A stretch of DNA of 64,000 bases from an uncultured Erysipelotrichaceae bacterium (GTDB lineage: Bacteria > Bacillota_I > Bacilli_A > RFN20 > CAG-288), in contig CACYCE010000020.1 in NCBI GenBank assembly GCA_902772915.1, positions 16,848 to 80,847 on the forward strand. Direction: 5' to 3'. The notes below the pieces were generated by a model, which saw only the letters and a program-made list of their open reading frames with translations, was not told the origin of the DNA and made no database searches. A program made the translations under genes and the position numbers. Positions 58,377-64,000 of this stretch are shown in pieces; the first letter of the stretch is position 1; each line of letters opens with the position of its first letter.

Positions 58377-59627
58377 CTATAATTCCTCGTCGAACAAATC
58401 GTTTTGCACACCATTTTCCGAAGTGTCTTCTGTTAATTTTTTATTTTCTCTACCCTCTTTTATCTCTTCAGGATAGACATCTACTCTAGTTAAAGTAAGA
58501 TCGACTGGTCTAGCTTCTGAAGGTCTAATTGAATACCATTCGTAATAATAAATCAATGAGACGCAATTGGTATAAGATTTACTTCTAGCCCCAAAACATG
58601 TTGGAGTAAATAGAGAAACACTGTTTTTAAAAGTATTTGCTAAGAATGAATCAATTCCGATAATATCTCCTCCAATACCAGAGATAATGAATAATTCCCT
58701 AGCGGTCGAATCTATTTGTAATTCGAAACCGTGAATTTTATTTACTAAAGTTTGAAGAGAATCAGTTATACAATTCTTTATATCAGAGAGTTTAATTCCC
58801 TCTTTTGTTAAATAAGGGAAACTAGGTCCACTTGATAAACCGTATAAATCAATATAAGATTTAGCGGTATTGTAATCTACTCCTAATCTAGTGACTAAAT
58901 TTTGAATGATATCATCAGTTCCAAAGTAGAATGATTCACTATTTAATAATCTCCCAGCATATGCATAAGCCAAAGTAGTTAATTTCTCTTGAATTTCAAT
59001 ATAAACAAATTCCGAAGGTTCATTAGTAAAAGAAGAGACATATTTGATAGCAGCGTTAGGATTAACGGCAATTTTTACAATTTCTAGTCCTGCATCGTTA
59101 ACGACCTTAGTAAAAGATTTAAGCATGATACTATCGTCGATTTCCACATCAGCGACCATCTTTATAATTCTCGATGCTTTACCTTTCGGGAAGAAAGGAA
59201 CCTTTACTTCGTCATCAATTTCAAATTCGTAAGGCACGACATCAACGACGACCTTTTTATCGCTTTCGTCTTTGAATTGTTTAGAAATCATAGTCAACAA
59301 ATTTGAACCATCAAAATCGTTGATACGAGAATCAGCTGAAGTGGTATTAGTCGTAGAATTCCCTTTTTGAATTGATAGATTCAAACTAGGCAAACCCAAG
59401 ATGACTTTTTCAATTCTTATTTTCAAAGTTTTCTCAGCGGAGATGACTAATTCTTTAATGGCGTTAGTCATTTCAGAAGCGTCGATAATTTGACCATTAA
59501 TCAATTTGGCACGGGTAGATTCAAGAGCGTGCAGAACATAAACTGAGCCATTAAAAAAATAGCCGACTATTAATTTAATGCCAGAAGTTGATATTTCAAT
59601 AGATACATTAGGATCAATTACACTCAT
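58377..59627 (-). CDS. ftsA: cell division protein FtsA
   Basis: Actin/Hsp70-fold ATPase, 416 aa, directly upstream of ftsZ with an 11-nt gap. Confidence 0.85.
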   Translation of the reverse strand: MSVIDPNVSIEISTSGIKLIVGYFFNGSVYVLHALESTRAKLINGQIIDASEMTNAIKELVISAEKTLKIRIEKVILGLPSLNLSIQKGNSTTNTTSADSRINDFDGSNLLTMISKQFKDESDKKVVVDVVPYEFEIDDEVKVPFFPKGKASRIIKMVADVEIDDSIMLKSFTKVVNDAGLEIVKIAVNPNAAIKYVSSFTNEPSEFVYIEIQEKLTTLAYAYAGRLLNSESFYFGTDDIIQNLVTRLGVDYNTAKSYIDLYGLSSGPSFPYLTKEGIKLSDIKNCITDSLQTLVNKIHGFELQIDSTARELFIISGIGGDIIGIDSFLANTFKNSVSLFTPTCFGARSKSYTNCVSLIYYYEWYSIRPSEARPVDLTLTRVDVYPEEIKEGRENKKLTEDTSENGVQNDLFDEEL

Positions 59628-59704
59628 AAATTACCACCATATATTATTTATTATAAAATATAAATAATATCTTTGTTATTAAAACGTTATAAAAACGATG
59701 AAAA

Positions 59705-61294
59705 TTATTTAATAATTTCTGCCTTTTTTAAATCAAGGAGTCCCTCAGCGACAAATTTCGCACTCGCTCGCCCTTTATAATAGGACAAATCAAACTTACC
59801 TTTAAAATATAAATCCTCTTTTTTATCAAGAATATCACGAGGAAAATTGAAGTAATTAAATCCACCTCTATAATTGTTAAAATTGATGATTATATGATTC
59901 CCATCGCGAGAAAATTTTAATTTAGAGGGATTTATTTTAAAACAATATAAAGGCGATTCAAACTCCTGGCCAAAAGGCTCAAATTCATTTAAAATATCAA
60001 AGCTTCCAATATCTAAATCCGACTCATCTAACAAAATATATTTCTTAGTAGGAATTACATAATTAAAGGTAGAATATTCTTGACTTATTTTATTTTTAAA
60101 ATCGGAGAAATCATCTTTTTTAATCGTTACTCCTAAAGCTTGCTTATGCCCTCCAAAATGCACGTAAGAAGAAGAATACTTTTCTAAGATTCCATATAGA
60201 TCAATTCCCTCTGGCGCGCGTCCGGAGCCTACTAACTCACCTTCATTTTCTTTAGAAGCTGCAAAGCAAATTACCGGCTTATTCAACGCAGATGATAAAG
60301 AAGTAGATATCAATCCAATTAAACCTACTTGCATTGAATCGAATTTTTCAATGATGATAGGAGCAAGTAAATCGCGACTATTCGCTTCAATTCTTCCCGC
60401 TTTAGCTAATTCTTTCTTCTTTAAAGATATTTCATTGATTTTGGGATATAGTTTTCTAATTCTCTCTTCGCTTTTTGAAGTTAAATATTCAATTGCCAAA
60501 TTTATATCATCACCAATATCGACTCTCCCTAGTGAATTTAAAGATGAAATTAGATTGAAATTGATATCAGAGGAAGTATAACGAGGCTTATCTTGACCTA
60601 ATAGCAAAGTTAATTTTAAAGGTCTTATTTTATTTATATAGAGTAAAGCATATTTAGCGATATTCAAATTCATTTCTATCATCTTCATCTGATCTGCAAA
60701 GACTGCTATACCCGCTAAACAAACTAAATAAGAGACGTATTTACCTAATAAAGAATAAGAAACCAATAAAGCTAAAAAAGCCGCGGAGATATTGTAAGAA
60801 GTATATTCACCTACTTGCCAGTGAATAATATTGTTAGCCCTAGGTAATTTGTCTTGAGGAGTATGATGATCAATAATTAGTACATCCATTCCTAATTCTC
60901 TAGCGTATTCAACCGCTTCAAAAGCAGAAATCCCATTATCGATAGTAATCAATAATTTAATACCTTTAGAATAAATCTCATCGACAGCATTTTTTACTAA
61001 GCCATAACCGTATTTATAGCGAGAAGGTAAAGAATACAGAACATCTCCTCCTATTTCTTTTAAAGCGTAATACAAAATGGAAGTAGACGTCATTCCATCG
61101 ACATCATAATCCCCATAAATGTAGATTTTTGACTTATTTGAAACGTGTTTTTTAATTAAATCAACCGCCTCGTTAAAACCTTTAAAATGAATTTTTGGAT
61201 CTAGAATTAAAGAAGATGAAGGCGGGAGACTCCTCTCCTTAAGTTCATCTTCTGAAATATTGTAATATTTAAGTAATTTTTCTTTTAAACCCAT
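59705..61294 (-). CDS. recJ: single-stranded-DNA-specific exonuclease RecJ (DHH/DHHA1)
   Basis: YGDYDVDGMTS, IDHHTP, GGHKQA motifs. 529 aa. secDF-recJ order as in Bacillus. Confidence 0.8.
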   Translation of the reverse strand: MGLKEKLLKYYNISEDELKERSLPPSSSLILDPKIHFKGFNEAVDLIKKHVSNKSKIYIYGDYDVDGMTSTSILYYALKEIGGDVLYSLPSRYKYGYGLVKNAVDEIYSKGIKLLITIDNGISAFEAVEYARELGMDVLIIDHHTPQDKLPRANNIIHWQVGEYTSYNISAAFLALLVSYSLLGKYVSYLVCLAGIAVFADQMKMIEMNLNIAKYALLYINKIRPLKLTLLLGQDKPRYTSSDINFNLISSLNSLGRVDIGDDINLAIEYLTSKSEERIRKLYPKINEISLKKKELAKAGRIEANSRDLLAPIIIEKFDSMQVGLIGLISTSLSSALNKPVICFAASKENEGELVGSGRAPEGIDLYGILEKYSSSYVHFGGHKQALGVTIKKDDFSDFKNKISQEYSTFNYVIPTKKYILLDESDLDIGSFDILNEFEPFGQEFESPLYCFKINPSKLKFSRDGNHIIINFNNYRGGFNYFNFPRDILDKKEDLYFKGKFDLSYYKGRASAKFVAEGLLDLKKAEIIK

Positions 61295-63789
61295 TAGTCA
61301 TTTACACCAGGGACGATAGTCTCGTGAGGTTCTTTAGAATTAATTAAATCTTCATTCTTCTTTCTTGCTAATTTTCTAGCTGAGAGAGGACGCAATTTAA
61401 TAACCTTAACGAAGAATAAGTAAGAAGCAGGTAAGACGTAAGTGGTCATCAAGATGTTAGCAACTAAGACGATTAAAGCGATGACGCCAGTTGATAACAT
61501 ATTGTTCAACGAAGCTAATAAGACTCCTAAAAAGAGAGCGAAACTAACAGCGAATAAGATATAAATAGTTAAGGAACTACCTCTAATAGCCTTATCCAAG
61601 ATTTCAGTTCTAGTTTCAATAGAAGGATTCTTGATATTAGAAGCGCGCATCTCTTCTCTGTTTCTATTGAATAAAGGAATCATTGCCATTGAGCCTACTA
61701 ATAAGGCGCTAGCTAAACCGAACATAGTTACCGAAGTGAAAGGCAAATTAGTAACAGCTAATAAAGATAAACCTAATCCGAAAGTAGTAGCAGAGACGAT
61801 TAAAGAAGATAATCCTGCATATAAACCGTAAATTAATAAGAAGAATATGAAGGTTAGAGCAGGAATTAAGCCGACAGTCAAATAAGCGAAGAAATTATCG
61901 TGCCCTTGTAAACCAACAGTTACTATATCGTAAGAAACGACAGTATCAGAGTTGTATTCACTAGGAATCATATCTTTATAACCACCGGCCAAGAAGTTTT
62001 CTCTAATGGAGTTAACAGTTTCAGTAGATAAAGGATTCTTTAAAGTAAAGGAAATGTAAGTAGAATAAGTTTCCTTATTTTCACTATCGTGATCTGCAAT
62101 TCTATTGAATGTGTGGGTTAGAACATCCTTGGAAGTAAACCAATTTCTAGCTAAACCCTCTTCATCTTTTTCAATATAAGCAATAGCGCTATCGTAAGTG
62201 ACAAAAGTATCGCCATCATCGATATTTCTATCTGTTCTATAAGAGATATTCAATCTGTTAGTAGGTCCGTAATCTCCTGAATAGTTATAGATATTGTTAA
62301 TTCCTTTAGTTAAACCTAAGCCTAAGAAAACGCCTAAAACTAAAGCAGAAATAGCACCAACTGTAGAGAGAGTTAAAATCTTCCCTCTCTTAACAGAAGA
62401 AGTAGATAGATATTTCTTCTTGTCGATTTTTTCTTGAATCTTATCAGGATTATTTTCAGAGCCAAAGCCAAACCAAGCGGTGTTCTTAGAAAAAACGGTT
62501 GAAGTAGTTAACCAATATACTAACCATCTAGTTAAGAGATTGACGAAGATGAAGTCTGATAAGGAACCTAATAATAAGACTCCGAAGAAGACTTTAACCA
62601 TTCCTTTCCCTACTAAGAATAAAATTAATGAAGTGAAGAAGACGATTAACGATGATTGTAAGATAACTCCAAAAGCTTTTCTATAGCCATCATAAGAGGC
62701 TTTATCAACACTTTTTCCTCTTTTTATTTCACCTTTAATTCTCTCGAAGTAAGTAACGACTATGAATATAGCTAAGATAATTACTAATATTCCTGAAAGA
62801 ATCGTCACTGGTGTGAATTCAAATCCCAACGTGTTAGCAATTAAGAAAGTAAACATTACACCTATAACCGTAGTTAATCCAGCTAATAAGCCCGAAACTC
62901 GATAGTAGATAATAAAGCATACGAAGATAACTATTAAAGCGATTAGTGTACCTAACAAAGTCCAATTCATGGAATTAGAAGGATAGATAGCATCGATTGA
63001 ATTACTATAGACATATTCGATATCAAACCCGTAATCTCCTCCGTTTCTAGCAGCGACGAAGGCTCTAGCAGATGAGATAGTGAAAGCTTGATTATTTAAA
63101 TCTTCAGTTAAAGCGACATAACATCCGTCTTTTGAATCGACGAAATTATCACTTGTTAAAACAGCGATAATCTTCTTTTTTACATCTTCCCTAGCATTAT
63201 CACCATAAGCTAATTCATAAGTATCAGTTTCAGATTTATTCTGCCAGACATAGATGATCTTTTGTAGATCTTCATTTGAACTAGTTGAAGCGGAAGAGAC
63301 TAGATTGTTCCAATCTGATTTAGAACCTATATTGAAGGCAGGAGTAGCGCTAGTTCCGTTATATAGAACTTGCATAGGAGTTTTATCAGCGAACATTGTG
63401 GCGCCAGAAACTTCGTTATTATTGGAGTCAGTGAAGGTTAAAGGAGCATTACCAGAGAGAACTGTAACGATATTTTGCATAGCATTAACAGTCTCAGAAC
63501 CAGCTAGAGAGACTCTGATTTCACCTTTAGAGGAATCGTCTTCTCTAATGAAAATTTCAACTTTATGGTTTCTAGAACCAGCTTCATCAAGTCTCTGTGC
63601 AACTTTATCAGCTATAGTATTTTCATTTAAAGGTGCACCACCTTCTCTTTGGCTAATATTAAAGACAACTTCAGTCCCACCTTTGTATTCCAAAGCTTCT
63701 TTTTTGGAATCGTAGATAGATTGAACATTGAATATAACCATTACTAGCAAGGATGCAACCATGACTATAAACGCCCAAAATCTTCTCAT
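61294..63789 (-). CDS. secDF: protein-export membrane protein SecDF (fused)
   Basis: 831 aa with two 6-TM RND-like halves separated by a periplasmic domain; typical SecD N-terminus and SecF C-terminal half. Confidence 0.9.
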   Translation of the reverse strand: MRRFWAFIVMVASLLVMVIFNVQSIYDSKKEALEYKGGTEVVFNISQREGGAPLNENTIADKVAQRLDEAGSRNHKVEIFIREDDSSKGEIRVSLAGSETVNAMQNIVTVLSGNAPLTFTDSNNNEVSGATMFADKTPMQVLYNGTSATPAFNIGSKSDWNNLVSSASTSSNEDLQKIIYVWQNKSETDTYELAYGDNAREDVKKKIIAVLTSDNFVDSKDGCYVALTEDLNNQAFTISSARAFVAARNGGDYGFDIEYVYSNSIDAIYPSNSMNWTLLGTLIALIVIFVCFIIYYRVSGLLAGLTTVIGVMFTFLIANTLGFEFTPVTILSGILVIILAIFIVVTYFERIKGEIKRGKSVDKASYDGYRKAFGVILQSSLIVFFTSLILFLVGKGMVKVFFGVLLLGSLSDFIFVNLLTRWLVYWLTTSTVFSKNTAWFGFGSENNPDKIQEKIDKKKYLSTSSVKRGKILTLSTVGAISALVLGVFLGLGLTKGINNIYNYSGDYGPTNRLNISYRTDRNIDDGDTFVTYDSAIAYIEKDEEGLARNWFTSKDVLTHTFNRIADHDSENKETYSTYISFTLKNPLSTETVNSIRENFLAGGYKDMIPSEYNSDTVVSYDIVTVGLQGHDNFFAYLTVGLIPALTFIFFLLIYGLYAGLSSLIVSATTFGLGLSLLAVTNLPFTSVTMFGLASALLVGSMAMIPLFNRNREEMRASNIKNPSIETRTEILDKAIRGSSLTIYILFAVSFALFLGVLLASLNNMLSTGVIALIVLVANILMTTYVLPASYLFFVKVIKLRPLSARKLARKKNEDLINSKEPHETIVPGVND

Positions 63790-63930
63790 ATCGTAAATAA
63801 TCTCCTACCTAATTGTTTTTAACAAACTAAATATAGCAAGCAAATAAACACTTGCACGTTTTAAATTTTACATTTTTTAGAGTGTTATATCAAGTTAATA
63901 TAAATATATTTATATTATATTAAAGCTTTT

Positions 63931-64000
63931 TTAATCATTTGCCTTATATTTAGACAACATATCTAAGTGAGCGTAAGCTAATTTAGTTGGAATTCTACCT
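63931..64000 (-). CDS. 3' end of an unidentified CDS cut by the window edge
   Basis: Only one minus-strand frame is open to the window end (...GRIPTKLAYAHLDMLSKYKAND*). A 140-nt AT-rich gap separates it from secDF. Confidence 0.25.
   Translation of the reverse strand, partial: GRIPTKLAYAHLDMLSKYKAND

Noticed and set aside
63254-63715. 153-aa plus-strand ORF antisense to secDF
   Set aside because: It is fully nested antisense within a conserved gene, with no independent support. The same applies to the other short antisense ORFs in the track (4660-4890, 5485-5673, 6554-6943, 8411-8668, 15184-15417, 17860-18042, 18547-18801, 18921-19163, 19545-19736, 19704-19913, 22296-22565, 23551-23984, 24642-24824, 28292-28483, 31335-31526, 32801-32986, 33515-33730, 34921-35163, 37584-37811, 38610-38816, 39688-39879, 40403-40612, 42690-42884, 44219-44401, 44665-45028, 45808-45993, 46223-46501, 50221-50418, 51733-51915, 54110-54328, 56356-56553, 57581-58087, 59044-59232, 60351-60581, 61631-61831, 62480-62686).
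1-64000. CRISPR arrays, IS elements, prophage or integrative elements
   Set aside because: No regularly spaced direct repeats, transposase, or phage structural or replication genes were seen. XerD-like recombinase is chromosomal housekeeping by context (dinB-xerD-deoB), not a mobile-element integrase.

Overview
This 64 kb window is an AT-rich chromosomal segment of a low-GC Firmicutes/Mollicutes-like bacterium. Every long conserved ORF is intact with TGA as stop, and the Trp codons I checked are TGG, so the organism reads the standard genetic code. That points to Acholeplasma- or Erysipelotrichia-like rather than Mycoplasma or Spiroplasma (inference). The content is almost entirely core housekeeping genes arranged in Bacillus-like syntenic blocks: 3' part of dxs followed by recN; dinB, xerD-like recombinase, deoB; a lipoprotein / NCS2 permease / NitT-TauT ABC permease cluster; yqeG, yqeH, degenerate-nadD::yqeK fusion, rsfS, mtnN; parE, parC; plsY; yneF-like; rpmG, efp; ispG; apt, relA, hisS, aspS, DEAD-box helicase; ispH; dnaG, rpoD, a second sigma-70 paralog, trmK; ybeY, cdd, era, recO, glyQS; a DnaD-family dnaB-like gene with a dnaI-like gene, plus an orphan C39-peptidase/6-TM protein; pfkA, pyk, ROK kinase; a T-box leader upstream of thrS; mraZ, rsmH, ftsL-like; ftsA, ftsZ, pheS, pheT, thyX, yceD-like; secDF, recJ. 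I recognised no rRNA, tRNA, CRISPR array, transposase or phage genes. One gene the ORF track misses is the 52-codon rpmG (L33), directly upstream of efp. The most interesting unexplained items are: (i) a bacteriocin-exporter-like C39 peptidase + 6-TM protein with no ATP-binding cassette, transcribed on its own just downstream of the replication-loader pair; (ii) the DnaI-like helicase loader, which has destroyed Walker A/B motifs; (iii) a divergent second sigma-70 family gene immediately after rpoD; (iv) a NadD remnant fused to the YqeK HD domain; (v) an NCS2 permease with a 160-aa Lys/Glu-rich N-terminal extension sitting between the SBP and permease of an ATPase-less ABC importer, followed by a ~540 bp featureless spacer; (vi) an EF-P lacking the canonical KPGKG loop; (vii) three TTGTGG direct repeats (candidate MraZ operator) and a split, inverted dcw cluster.
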